A stretch of DNA of 54,891 nucleotides, the filler included, from Sphacelaria rigidula (Eukaryota), in NCBI GenBank assembly GCA_964200075.2. It is 5 parts of 5 records of this genome, joined end to end, with 100 filler letters (N's around TTAATTAATTAA, not from the genome) between each part and the next. Parts side by side here need not be neighbours in the genome. Positions count along the whole stretch, not along the records: positions 32,998 to 43,894 come from CAXNAA020005718.1; positions 43,995 to 54,891 come from CAXNAA020005719.1; 3 more parts are not named here. One strand, given 5' to 3'. The notes below the pieces were generated by a model. The model was not told the origin of the DNA and did not search any database. It saw nothing but the letters and a program-made list of their open reading frames with translations. Positions within the stretch are counted from its first letter, which is position 1. Each line of letters begins with the position of its first letter. Shown here one piece after another: positions 34,484 through 46,866 of this stretch. Both the position numbers and the translations under genes were made by a program.

Positions 34484-36419
34484 CAGCAGGCATGGTTTGA
34501 ATATACCAAAGCTTCTTCACATCCATCTGAATGCCTTGTCTCTGTATTGCAGCTACTCGAGCAGACTCGACTTTAGCGGAAGCTGCTCTTTTACAAGCTT
34601 CGAAACATCCTTTGTCAGCCACGGCGGTTGCTAAGGCCCGGGATGCAGTGGAAAACAATGGACGATCTGGTGTGTCCGTATCAGATAAATCTAAAATGAC
34701 ACCCGAAACACCGGTCAACTTAGGTATCACTTGCCTAGTTGTTGCCGAACCCGAAGGGAGCAGGCCTGTGTCAGACCGGTTCCAAGATTTCCCGGAAGAT
34801 CCGGAAGAAGTGCCTCCGGTTTTATTTCGGTTCGGACCGCGGGTTTGGCGGCCCGAGCGGTTCGGTCCAGATCCGCCCGAGGAGGATCCTCCACCACCAT
34901 GGCGGCGGCGTGAGCGTTCTCCATCGTTGTCGTCGTCGCCCCTCCACTTATTTTTCCCGCCGCGGCAGTCGGCAGTCGTCGGAGTCCAACCTATGTCATT
35001 GTGATATTCTTCGGCCATGTCGGCGTCCGGATTAGAGCGGCGGACGTTGCGTAGTGCCGCAAAGAGGTCTTGTACCGCCGCGACATACCGAGCTTGGTCT
35101 GGTCTGGCGCCGATGGTCATGTGTAAGACCAGTAGATCCAAGGTGAGGGACGTCAAGCCGCCGTCGGGGAAGATACCGTCCTGGTCCACAAGTAGGCCCA
35201 CAACCCGATGTATCAGGCTGGACAGCAATTTCCAGGTGTCATAGGAACAGCGCAAGTGGTTCGGGCTATGGTATGGGCCGATGTATTCGATCTCTGCGGG
35301 TGAGGGAAAGGGCTGTTGTGGGAGGTCCGACGCTGCCAGCGGAGGTGGCGGTTGGGGGCGGGGGTGTTGGGTCCGCCTTGGTGGTGGCTGCGGCCGCAGC
35401 GTAAGAGGGTCTATCAGTCTTCCGCGGAATGCGGTATGAAGAAAGAACGGTTCTGGGCTGAGCCGTGTGCCTTGAAGGCGGGTGAGAATGGCGGCCACTG
35501 AACAGGTCGTCGGAGGGCGAAGGGAAAGCCTGGTGGTTGGCGAGGCGGGCCACAGACGTTGCGGCGTCGTGGGCGGTCCGTCGGACATGGTCTTCCAAGT
35601 CCTGGACTCGTTTCTGGGCTGCCTTAGCGGTAGCGCAACCCTCATGAAGGGCTCGTTGAGCGGCGTTGCTGGAGTATTGGGCTTGAGAAACCCGCCGCTG
35701 TATATCCTTGTGCGCTCGCGCATAATCCTCCGCGAGTAGGCGTTCGGCGACGGCGTCGGCCTCGCGTTATTTGGCCAAGATGTCCTTTGCCAAGGCTGGC
35801 GCTTCCTGGTCCTAGTCCGCGATGAGCTGGAGTTGTTCCGAGCGGGGGCGATTTTTGAACAGCCTAAAGAAGAGGCCTGTCGGGCAATACTCGTCACCGA
35901 GCGGAAGGGGAACCTCCTGAGACGGGGCAGGGGACAGGGATCCGGGACGGGATTGGTGGTGGACCCGCCGTCGGCGTTAGCGTCGGCGGCAGTTGGGGCG
36001 GCAGTTGGGGCGGCAGTAGTGGTGGGAGCGGGGGTGGCGGTGGCAGCAGCGGCGGGAGTGGTAGCGGCAGTGGCAGCGGCGGTGGCGGCAGCATCGGCGG
36101 CGGTGGTTCCTTTGTTTTCTATGGTGCTCCTTTTTAGTGCTTTCTTCGACTCCGTCAGTTATTGTTGAAGAGAGCGCGAATAGTCGCAGCGTCAGAGCGG
36201 GACGGAGGGTCGCGGTCATTGCGGGTTCGTGGGTGGTGCGATGAATTTCGGCTGGATCCCTCGATTTAGGATTCGAGAGCCGGTGAGATGTCCGAAAATA
36301 TATTTTGGATGTAGGCAGCATGCACGGTATTATCATTGCGTAAGTGACGGCGGCATGACCGGGGCGAAGCAGGAGGGGTGCGCGCGGTCGCTTGATCGGC
36401 ATTCTTCGAGCGCGCTGGG

Positions 36420-36600
36420 GCGCGATGAATTCGATCTGTGCCGCGATTTATCATAGTGGGTACGGTCAAGACCGGCATTCATCGGACGCGTGAGAGCGCG
36501 CGATGAATTGGAGCTGTGTCGTGAATTACCTTTGTATGTGCGGCTGCGATCGACATTTTTTGGGCATGTGAGGGCGCGCGATGAATTGAAGCTGTGCCGG
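36420..36600. repeat. Three ~77-bp-spaced copies of GCGCGATGAATT.GA.CTGTG(C/T)CG
   Basis: Copies at ~36420, ~36499 and ~36576; weaker copy at ~36236. Confidence 0.75.
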
Positions 36601-37729
36601 GGACTGTCCTTGGGGATGCGAGCACGGGTGACGTGGTCGTGATCGACTGTCGGTGTGCGGCGCCGTCCGGGAGCACGAGCAAGACTTTGGTGAGAAGTGG
36701 AGGAGGGGCTGGACTCGGGTTCGTTCAAGCTCTCATGAGAGACGAACGGAGAACGCGGTGTTGCCGATCGGGGCGCCAAACGTACGGGCGCGGGCTCAGT
36801 ATTTGCAGCGTCATCATTGAATGGCACGTGAGCGGAGACCGCTTGTTCTTGGAACGCGGCGTGGTAGACAGCCATAAATGTCTCGATTAGAACTGGGACT
36901 GGCGTGCCCGCTGGCGCCGAAAAAGGGCGAGGTAGATTCTACAGGGCAGAATGCATGGCCGCGACCGCTGGTTCGAGACTGGACTGCGAAGTACGGCGCA
37001 TTGGGCTGCTGAGAGTCGTAGGATTGGGGTTCGTAGTGAAGGCAACCCGCGTGACAGTATCTCGTGCTCCGGAAGCGTTACGCTTCGTCGGGACGGAGTC
37101 GTCTCGAGATTTGTCCACCGTCGATCGACGGGGTGCCACCGTTGAAGCAATCGCTTCAGGGCCATGCTGGATACGTGTGTTCAGGGGCAACGACTCAGCT
37201 GGGGGCGCATTCCTGTCTTCGGATCCCATATCGGGATCCGAAAGAACAGGCCGCAGCGAGGAGGTGCTACGGAATCTACCGTTATGGGTTCACTGACATG
37301 TCTGTCAGGAGCCAGTGACTCAGCCGGTGGCACAGCCCTGTTCTCTGAGTCGTCCAAATTGGTACTGGATAGAACAGGTCGCGGCGTCATAGTCTTTTCT
37401 TCAAGCCCCGAAGGACGAGCAGCGCTCGGAAGTTGGTCTTTAAATCTCGAAGATCGAGCAACGCTCGCGTATGACCGCCGAGTAGTCGAAGGTGAAGCGC
37501 TGCTTATATCAAGAGATTTCGTACGTCCAGTAGTTAGGCTCCGTGTCCGGTGAGGCGATTGGTTTCCCAAATGAGGGGAAGTGTCGGCGACATTTCTGTG
37601 CGACATGGGGCTAGGCGTACTCAACCACTGGAGGATGTTTGCTTTGAAACGTAGGAGCAATGTGTGTGTGGTCGTCGGGCTCGAATCAAGGAAGCGAGAC
37701 ACCGAAAAATGCTAGGTGCGACTGCCGCA

Positions 37730-40700
37730 TCGAGCACATCATCATGTACCTAGATGATGTATCGCTTTCGATGCCTCACCTATTGCACACATCCGCACTC
37801 TACGAAAACTTTTCTTTCGCCCACGAACACACGATTCAAAACTGTCTCCACCCAAAGCTCGCCTTGGCGCGACTGACTTGGATCTTCTGGGGCATTCCGT
37901 TTCTCCAGCAGGCCTACATCCGGATACAAACAAAGTCAGAGCGATGACTGACTTGCCGATGCCGACCAACATTGCTTGACTTCGCTCATTGTTGGGCGGA
38001 CTATCCTACTACCGCAAGTTTCTGCCGGATTTATCCAAACGGATTCGCCGCCTTACTGAGTTACTAAAAAACAAAGCCGTGTTTGCCTTCACCACCGATA
38101 TGGAGAATATCACCCGCGAGTTGCTGAAAACGCTTACCGAAAAGCCGGTACTCTGTTTTCCTGATTGAGAGGCAGTACAAGATGGCTCTTGCCTTTTCCA
38201 ATTCCACACTGACGCCAGCACAGACGAATTTGGAGGAGTTTTGAATCAACCTCAGGTTGATGGCTCCATTCGATCCATCCTCTACATCGGCCGCGCCACC
38301 CTGCCCAACGAGGCCAACTGGAGCCCACTAGAATTGGAAGGCGGAGTAATCACCTGGGCCATCAAGCGCCTTCGACAATATCTGTTTCACGTGCCCTTTG
38401 AGATCTATACGGATCATGAAGCACTCAAACAATTCGCCAAGGTTGGCGAACACAACCGCGTTGGCTGGCGAACACAACCCGCGTGTACAACGATGGTTGG
38501 AGTTTCTGACAGCATACCAGTATACCATTAAGCACCGTCCCGGCAAAACCAACGGGAACGCTGATCTTCTTTCCCGACTACCCCTGCCGCCTACGGCCGC
38601 AGAATTTCAGCCCGGCTTGCCGTTTAACGGAACCCGATGAACCTGGGACTTGCCCTGTTAGACGTTTTTCAACGCCCGTTCATGCCGTTGACCTACAGTG
38701 CCCCAAGACTGGTATGCACATGGGCGGTCTTCGCTCCTTACCATATGACGCAGTCTTGGGTGGGTTCAAGCCCACTACCTCCGATTTTGTCGATTTCCGC
38801 ACTTTTGGTACTCGCGCGAAGCTTTTCACGTAGGCACTTTCGGCCATCCACCTAATCTCCGACAATGCGCACTTCCGGTCTGCCGCCCGCACCACCCCGC
38901 CGAGTGCTCCGCCGCCACCGATAACATATACAAATCCCACGAGCCACGCAGCACCGGTCCAACGGACCAATACCCAACGCCCCGCGAAAACTACTGCAAC
39001 GTGCACCACGCGCCGCGGACAATCTTCGCCGCGCACTGCTACAACCCCGCCGCCCATACCGGTGCCACCTACAGCTACCGCTTCCGAGCATGGAGCCGAG
39101 GACATAGACCCTGCTCCCGGGGCAGATATTGACGTCGGCATTTCTGCCCCGTCGCCTATTCCCCCGCTGCCTACCCCACCATGTTTGATCGGCTCTCCAG
39201 CGGAAGGTCAACTACGCGAGTTTCTCGCCAGCTACTCTCACCGCAATTGGGCCCGCGAACAAAACGCCGAACCTTTATGTCGCGCAGCCATCCGGTACTT
39301 ACAGCTTGACTGCCCAGTCCCTTTTCCATCCGCCCTTCTGGCCCCGGTTGGCACACTGCCACCCCCAGATATCTCTGACGTATACTAACTCGTGCGTAAA
39401 GGCATCATTTTTACTACGGATGAAGGCATACAACTACTCGTGCGTCGCCCCACGCCTTTGGCGGGCGCACTTTCCGGCTCAACCACGGGACGCCACGCAC
39501 GACTACTCAATGACAAACCAACGCGCATATATGTCCTATTATTGATGCGCCCCTGGGTCATGAAAGGCTTCCACACGGACTTATCATATCACCTGGGCGC
39601 CACTCGCACCTTCACGCTCCTGGAACGCTTCTACTGGTTGGTTGGCATGGAAATTTCCACCCGCTTCCGGATTCGGCGGTGATTCAAATGCCAAGCTCGG
39701 AAAACTTCACGACAGACAGTACGCTGGCCCGTCATCTTTATGGGACTCCCCAACGCCCCGGGTCACCTTGTGTCCTTTGACTACTTTGGCCCTCTACCGA
39801 CCACAGGTCGCGGCAGCACCTACATCGTACTCTTCACTGACCGCTTCAGCCGCCACGCGTCCATGTACGCGGTAACCGCTGCTGATTCCACTGCCGCCGG
39901 AACCGCCGGTGTATTGATCCACGACTACATTAAGCACTACGGTTGCCCGAAACGACTCCTTTCAGACAATGGTCAGCAATTTTGCTCAGATCTCTCTGGT
40001 GGACTTTACAAGCTCCTGGGCATCGGCTAAATTGCCACGAGCGCCTACCACCCGAATGGTAACGGTGGTACCGAAAAGGTTAATCACACACCATGGCTCA
40101 GATGCTCTCTATGGTCGTCAGACTGCCAAAATGACTGGGACCTACATCTCTCGCACATCATGTTGTCTTACAACAACTCGGTTAACGCCACCACAGGCCT
40201 TTCTCCGAACGAACTCCATCTTGGACGTTACCCTCTGCTGCCCATCACCGTGTTTGAGCGTCATACGTTCGATGGCCACCAAGGGTTGGATCAGGATCAT
40301 ATATCCCATCACGAGCTAGCGTATTGACGACAACGCAAAGTGTTCATCCTCGTGCGCGAACAACACGCTATCAACACCTCGCGCCTTGAGAGATCTAACA
40401 CTGCGTTCTACAACCTCATGCACAAACGCCCCAACTGGAAAGTTGGTGATTGGCTTTGGATCTACAACAGTTTGTCGACCATCCGCCAAGGCACCAGCAA
40501 GGCAGCAAACGAAACAGTTCTGAAGACCAAATTGTCCCTCAATTGGACAGGACCATTCAAGATCCTGACAGTCGGACCGTCGCCATCATCACTGGATGAT
40601 AAACCCGTTGGTGATCAACTGCTTTATCTTGACCTGCCTCGCGACCTCCAAGGCAAAGACACCAAACTCAGCGTCTCCATGCACAGATGCAAACCCTGGA

Positions 40701-41440
40701 TGAACCCGCATGGTACAAGCGACACGCCCAAGTACTTGCCTGCCGGACTCACCCGTACGTTTTCAACAGCTACTCTAGCAAGTCCCCGCCCTATCATGTT
40801 ACCACCGACGACGTGACGGAACAGCCCCTCCGCTTGACCGTGTCTACCATCTCCGGCCACCAGATAACCCGTGGTCGAGGTGGCAAAATTGCCGTCATGT
40901 ATGAGACCCACAGGTAAGGTCTTCGGAGAGCGTCTTGGGAACGCGAATCTGACCTTCAATTGCACCGCCGTACAATCCTCCTGTACTGGACGCAATCCCA
41001 ACATCAGCATCTTGCTCACAACAAGAAATATCGCAACATGCGTCGTGGTGCAGCAGCCCGCGAACTTCACCGCGATCAAGGACTACGTTTTGTCGCCGAT
41101 GGCTACGAACTTGTACCCACCAAGACTTGCAAGGCAAAGTTATTCGCAAACCAGCGCATACAATCCAAGGGCAGCTAGCTACCCTTGGTTCAAAGGCAGC
41201 GACAACCTCTGGTGGTTGGGTCAGACCCGCTCAGCAAACCTGGTTTCTGCCGACACGTACATCGCGTGCTTCATCGATGACTCTGGACCCATACAGCTCA
41301 AGCTCCGGCCAGCACGATACACCACCAGCCCATCTGCCGCACGCGGATCCTGGTGTTTTCAGCGACTCAAGTCCAAAGGACTTCGCCGCGGTATCCAGCG
41401 CAACATCGACCACACCCACCACGTCCAGGCACCGCTTTGA
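37730..41440 (+). mobile_element. Degenerate Ty3/Gypsy pol: RT C-terminal half, RNase H, integrase and chromo-like tail
   Basis: YLDD at 37747-37758; YYRKFLPD; RNase H HTDAS...WSPLELE...IYTDH...NADLLSR; integrase VSFDYFGPLP...FTDRFSRH...LLSDNGQQF...AYHPNGNG. The RT-RH-IN order is diagnostic of Gypsy. Multiple stops and frameshifts. Confidence 0.93.
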
Positions 41441-41914
41441 ACCACGCTCCTTCACTGTAACATTTCTTTCTTTCTTTCTTTAGTATTTGCCCTTCCTTCT
41501 TCGCTAGGACCCGACTCTACGACATCCCCAACAGGACCACTTACATCGGACTGCGATCGGAGACTACTAGGAGCCACCCACCATCTACGACTACTGGCGC
41601 TTTAGTGTCCCCTTTTGGCTGGCGCTCGATTTCGTTGGATCACCGATTTTCAGACTTCGATTTCCTTGCTTCCGACCAACATTCGTTGGTCGCCACTGAT
41701 CTTGCCGTGTTCTCTTCCTTCGGAATCCCCCAGGTAGAAGCTCTGCTCCCTGTTGTACCTCGCTGGTTTTCCCGTCGTTTTGCTAGGACGCCGAAGCAAT
41801 TTGTGCTTCTTCATTGATCGCTAGCACGCAGAAGCAGTATGTGCTCCCGCGTTTCGAAGCAGTTTTTTTGCTCCTCGAAGCAGTATATGCTTCCCTTATT
41901 TTGAGGTTTGGGAG

Positions 41915-42363
41915 TGTGGGTACGGGAGTGTTTCCTTAGGTGTGCCTTATAAGCCGCTCATGACTCTGGGAGTAAAGAAAAACCTTAACTTTCGCTGCTT
42001 TTGAGGATAAATCATCGCAGCTGTAATAAAGATTCATCTGGGTAGGTAAGTGTCATGAGGACCATATCAGCCTGTTGTCATGCCGTCTCAGACCCGTCGA
42101 CGGATCCAGCTAGAGTGCATGGCATTTCAGGTTATTTCAAGACTGCAGGTCTGTTCAGAGTTGATCAGATACGAGTATAAATTCGTATATAGCGAGGGAT
42201 GATAGCCGATGGGTTCGCCCGTGGTGAGCACAACGCTTCATCCCGACAGGGATACCCTCACACCTTCTGTGAGACTGATTGATTGAGCGAGAGATTGAGC
42301 TCTGAGAAGTACTGAGGAGATTATGGAATCAAACATTCGAGAAGAAGCAATACCATACCTACG
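41915..42363 (+). repeat. Candidate 3' LTR
   Basis: Starts TGTGGGTACGG after GGGAG and ends CCATACCTACG (imperfect inverted terminus, 8/11); contains AATAAA and TATAAA. No second LTR is available for confirmation. Confidence 0.35.
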
Positions 42364-43894
42364 CGTGAAACTGATTTGATACCTCGGACACAGAACATAA
42401 GCGTCGTACGCTGCAGAACTGTTATTTACCGCCCAGCTGGTGTGTCAGCGTCTTGTTCGGTCCTCCTGCCTTGCCAGTAAGGCGTGTTTACCATACACCC
42501 GGCGTAACCCCGTTACATGCAGATCGCAAAGGTCGTACGGCTGATCGTCGGGCGGGCTTGCTGTATCCACCCGTGCTTTATTACCGCTGGTAATGCATAT
42601 GCCAATGACTTTTCCTTGGAATTGTTTGTTAGATCCTGGCCGAACAGCGTCATGATGTATCAATTGAGCATAGAGCAATAGTTACCCTTCCTTGCCAGCC
42701 GCACATGAGCGCGCACCCTAAACGAGAAATGATGAAAACAGCCGTAAAGAAGCGAAGTCATTGGGCATCAACTTCATGTCCCACCCATGTGCCCTGGTTG
42801 CTGCAGTCGAGCTACGGTATTGTTAACACGTATCATGTACTAGGCTCATACAGGTTCGCAGATAATGAACACTACTGTTCCTCCTATACTGGAGTCGAAT
42901 CTCACGGGTGCGGAAAATTGCTTCTCAGATGTATACCGGATTCTAATTCCACAAAAAAGTGATACCATTATCGATAGCACCGCGACTAGTTTAGGCGCCG
43001 TGCTCGTCCGTTGAGGATTCCTTTTTTTGAACGGNNNNNNNNNNGGTGTAATTCGTGCGCAAAAGACATGGTACGGGCACATTGCATCTTAACTCCCACC
43101 GGCAGAGTACTGTTATTTTTTATTTTCAGTGCCTACGTCACATTAGCTCGATTCCTTGAATACTCTAGTTCGATTCCTCCGAACCGTGGTCACGGGGTGC
43201 AAGGAGCATACCACTCATAACCATAAAACCAAGAGTTGACAGAGGGAGTCTTTACACAAAAGCGATATACAAAAAGAACGAGCCCACAAAAACCGATCGA
43301 ACTGCAACACGCTGCAAACTGGAAAATTGCCGGCGTGTGATCTAGATGACCAACTTGCCACCTACTGCTGTATACCTGTAGTAACAGGAAACGCGTGAAT
43401 CGAAATGCCACAGGGAATAATAACCAACCCCGAATAGACCTAGTAATGTTGGAAACGATCCCAGGTTCAAGGAAGTGAGGAAATGGCTGCATCACCGAGG
43501 CATCAATTGTAACATCAACTAACCTGACTCAACATCAGTATCAAGCGACTTGATCGCCCTGTTACTACTTCAGTTCAACTTCCCTGAGCTAATCCGAGTT
43601 CGAGAAACTTGATCTTCCCGCCCTAAAATCAGATAATTCGTCATGTGTCAACTAGCTCCATGTAGAACTCAGGACACGCTTCCTCCCCCCCCCCCCCCTC
43701 TTGGACCCCAAAAGTGTCAGGAAAAAAAAAAAGAGTAGGCACGGTTGGTGGAAATTGATTTTACCACGTTTCTGTACGAGCAAAGAATTATGAAGCTCGG
43801 GCACAGAAGACGACACAACGCCGGGAGAAACGGAGCCCAAAATGAGAAGAAACGAAGCCGCTAAGCAGTCACAGATGCTGCCGAAAGCTGACGT

Positions 43895-43994
43895 NNNNNN
43901 NNNNNNNNNNNNNNNNNNNNNNNNNNNNNNNNNNNNNNTTAATTAATTAANNNNNNNNNNNNNNNNNNNNNNNNNNNNNNNNNNNNNNNNNNNN
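43895..43994. other. Artificial contig spacer
   Basis: N44-TTAATTAATTAA-N44. Confidence 0.98.
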
Positions 43995-46596
43995 AAGCTG
44001 CTGAAGTCCATGTGCCCGTGATGGGAGGAGTCCACATGGCAATCTGATCTTGAGTGACAGACGTCTCTAGACTAGAGTCAAACTCATTCCCATTTTCAAT
44101 GAAATGACTCGTTAGACTTGAGTTTTACCTGACACTTGATCCGCAAGGATGTAGGAATAATGCGCATTTCTAAAGAGTAACCGATGGAAGGGATAGCACA
44201 TGGATCACATGTGAGTGGCAGGTTGACCGCCACACACGAGCGTGAAGCGGCTCTATGAGTCCTGTAGAATCGGCCAGATAGCCCAGACCATCGAACCCCC
44301 ATTGGACCTGTTAGAGGCTCCTGTAGTGCAGCGTTGAACGCTCAGTGGTCATGCATCTCGTGTTGTAGGATGCGCTACAGTAGAAGAGCCGTAGGTGAGG
44401 GCCAGGCGATCCGCGATGCCTTCGTGTTCAACTCATAATCCACGGCAGGTGAGCTTGAAGCTTGAACTGCGGATCGCAGGGTGGAACATCCCATCCCTAA
44501 CAGGTTTGTATAGAATTTGGTATCTACGGCAGATCTCGTCTGACAACCCAAAGTCGATTTCGCGTGCAGCAGGAAATCATGTTTTCGTGAGATAGAGAAT
44601 CTAGGATACGATTGAGAGTCTAAGTTAGATTGAGAGTAGGAAGTTATCGATCATGAAAATAGTTTCAGAATCGAAATGCCTCTGCGGATCCTTTATATGT
44701 TCCCTGTAGTAGATTGCCACTGAAGCCTTTGATATCCCTGGGTAGGGTATCAACGTGTAGCTATGAGCATACGACAGTTCTACAGGCGAAGAACAACACG
44801 CATAAAATGAAAAAATGGTCAAGTTGGGGCGGGTCTTCTGCATAACGAACAAGGCGCTTCGTACAAACACCCCATCATTTCTATGCTGCAATTGTCGCTG
44901 TACTATGGTGCGTTTGCATCCTGCCAGGACGGCTTGATCTACGCTGGGCATTGCCTGAGCTTTTGTACTGCAGCTGCGTTCTGCTTTGTGCAGAACTGGG
45001 GTAAAAAGACAGTGCTGTCTATACAACGTTCGAAAAGTCACGTGATGGCTGTGCAGCCGTAGTGTCTTCTTTGGCTGCTGTCGTTCAGGTGCAAAACTCC
45101 TTTCCAATTTTACGCTTTAAGGCACATTTGGTTTTTTGGAAAGTAGAACCAACACCCTCCCCGCAACATGCTTGGCAACAACCTAAAAAAACACGAAATC
45201 AACGCAGCACAGCAAAACAAAAAATATCAAACGACACCTGTTACGGTAGGATGGAGATCGCACAAACAATAGTACCCCAATTTGCGCATTTTCAATCCTT
45301 TCCATTCCTCCATGTTGTACCCTTTCCACCATTACTTCTTTCGAGGCGACCACTACAGACGTCACAAGGTAGGTGCACTCTTGCGCACACACCATTCAGC
45401 ACAGAGCACCTATCCGCCCAAGTCCCCTTGCTGCCTTCCCGCGTGCCTCCCGCCGGAGGCAAAGCCCGTCTCCAACGCAATATCCAGTTTTCCTGCCTCC
45501 ATCGCTGCAGGCCCGTGAGTTTTGACGCAGTGAAAACCAAGCCCGTGCGTGCATTGGTGTGTAGAGGTACGCTCGCGCGACCTGGTGGGACAATTTCTAC
45601 GGTTTAAAGGTACTTCGCTTTCGTTAAGCCCTGACGCTAACCCCTGCCCTCACCCTCACCCCCCACCTGAGGTATGCCGAGAACCCTCAAGCAAGGAGTG
45701 TAGATATGATATCCAAGGCAACGTGTGCATGGGCACAGCTCGAAATTAGTGCCGCTTTGAGCCCAAACGCATCCTGCGGACGTTTTGCGGACACCTTGGC
45801 CTATCCGCCCTCCACAAAGACGACTGTGACCATCAACAATAACATCCAGTGCTTGTTTAAACATGTATTTTGTCGACCACTTCGCGTGAGCTCCACTGGG
45901 TGTGTCGGTTACTCTTCACTGCTGCAGGCCTAGAAGTCGTAATACCACCGTTCCGTCTTGTTCCCAGTTTGGATCGGGTTTGCCCTTCAGAGCCCCCGGT
46001 ATCCCAGTCTCTGCCTTTGCTCCATAGGGATTACGCACTGCATCCACCTGTTCGTTGCGACAAACCGCGTGAGTTTGATGCGATCACGATGTGAGAATCA
46101 AGTGCATCGGCTAATTACATCCCTGCGGAAGAGTATGTAGACCGTGGAGATTTGTTCCCCTGTCCGTGAATTCGGTCGACGAAATGGTTCATACAATGGC
46201 CATCTGATCACGGCGCGAAAGTCTCGACAATTTCCGAATCAAGTGTATACTGCAAGCTTCAGTCTGTAATGGTTCGACGTGTTGATACATCGACTGAGCA
46301 AGTGGCTCGGATATGTATATATATATATACTACGTACATACTTTTTTATACATGAAATAGGGCAGTTCGGCATGTTTTGTACAAGTTACTGTATCTCTTT
46401 GTGTTGTGGACAAAGACAGTCCGCTCGAACTCCATTTCCTGATAATCATGTTTCCATGTAATGGCGAAAATTATAAGGGTGTTGCGATCTAGATATCCTT
46501 GTGTAGCAAAGCTTACGTGGTCGTCTTGGTGAGGTAGGAAAGTCGAACACGTGCCTTAGTGCTGCTAGTAAAAAGCTCATGATGATCGACTTCGGT

Positions 46597-46672
46597 GAGG
46601 GGGGGGGTGTACTCATTTCTTGCTTGCCTCAGTCGTTTGGCCACTGACCACGTATCCCTTCCGAAACATGAC
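46597..46672 (-). mobile_element. Isolated LINE 3'-end fragment with C-run tail
   Basis: GGGGGGTGTACTCATTTCTTGCTTGCCTCAGTCGTTTGGCCACTGACCACG matches 11001-11060. Confidence 0.8.
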
Positions 46673-46866
46673 GGGGGTATTGGACTATTCATTCTCGATT
46701 GTCTTTTCTCCCCCTTCAAGTACCAAGCCTTGTTTCGGTAGAATTTCCCCGCTAGCAAACCCCTGAAAAAAAACTCCAGAAAGGGGGGGTTATTGTGGGT
46801 ATTTCGATGCTGTGGGTAGCAGCATACTGAAAGCAAGATAATAAGCAGCAAGGAGATCATCTTCAC

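Larger units (their letters stand above)
33078..37700 (-). mobile_element. Gypsy gag-like region and aspartic protease (degenerate)
   Basis: ORF 33052-33870 has PDLVGGEVSVDPATF...PLLDNGSPQILI...RVWGGFG, homologous to PDLTSGVVTLDDSSF...LPDSGFPQTF...RTFGGSG in contig 1. Long upstream minus ORFs (34362-35897, 37181-37702) are gag-like by position only. Confidence 0.7.

Noticed and set aside
35833-36168. Poly-Ala/Val membrane-protein-like ORF
   Set aside because: Antisense reading of a low-complexity GCN-rich stretch in the gag-like region.
43995-44780. Possible decayed LINE RT on the minus strand (LDSLSHE-like peptide)
   Set aside because: Only one weak motif; not enough to call.
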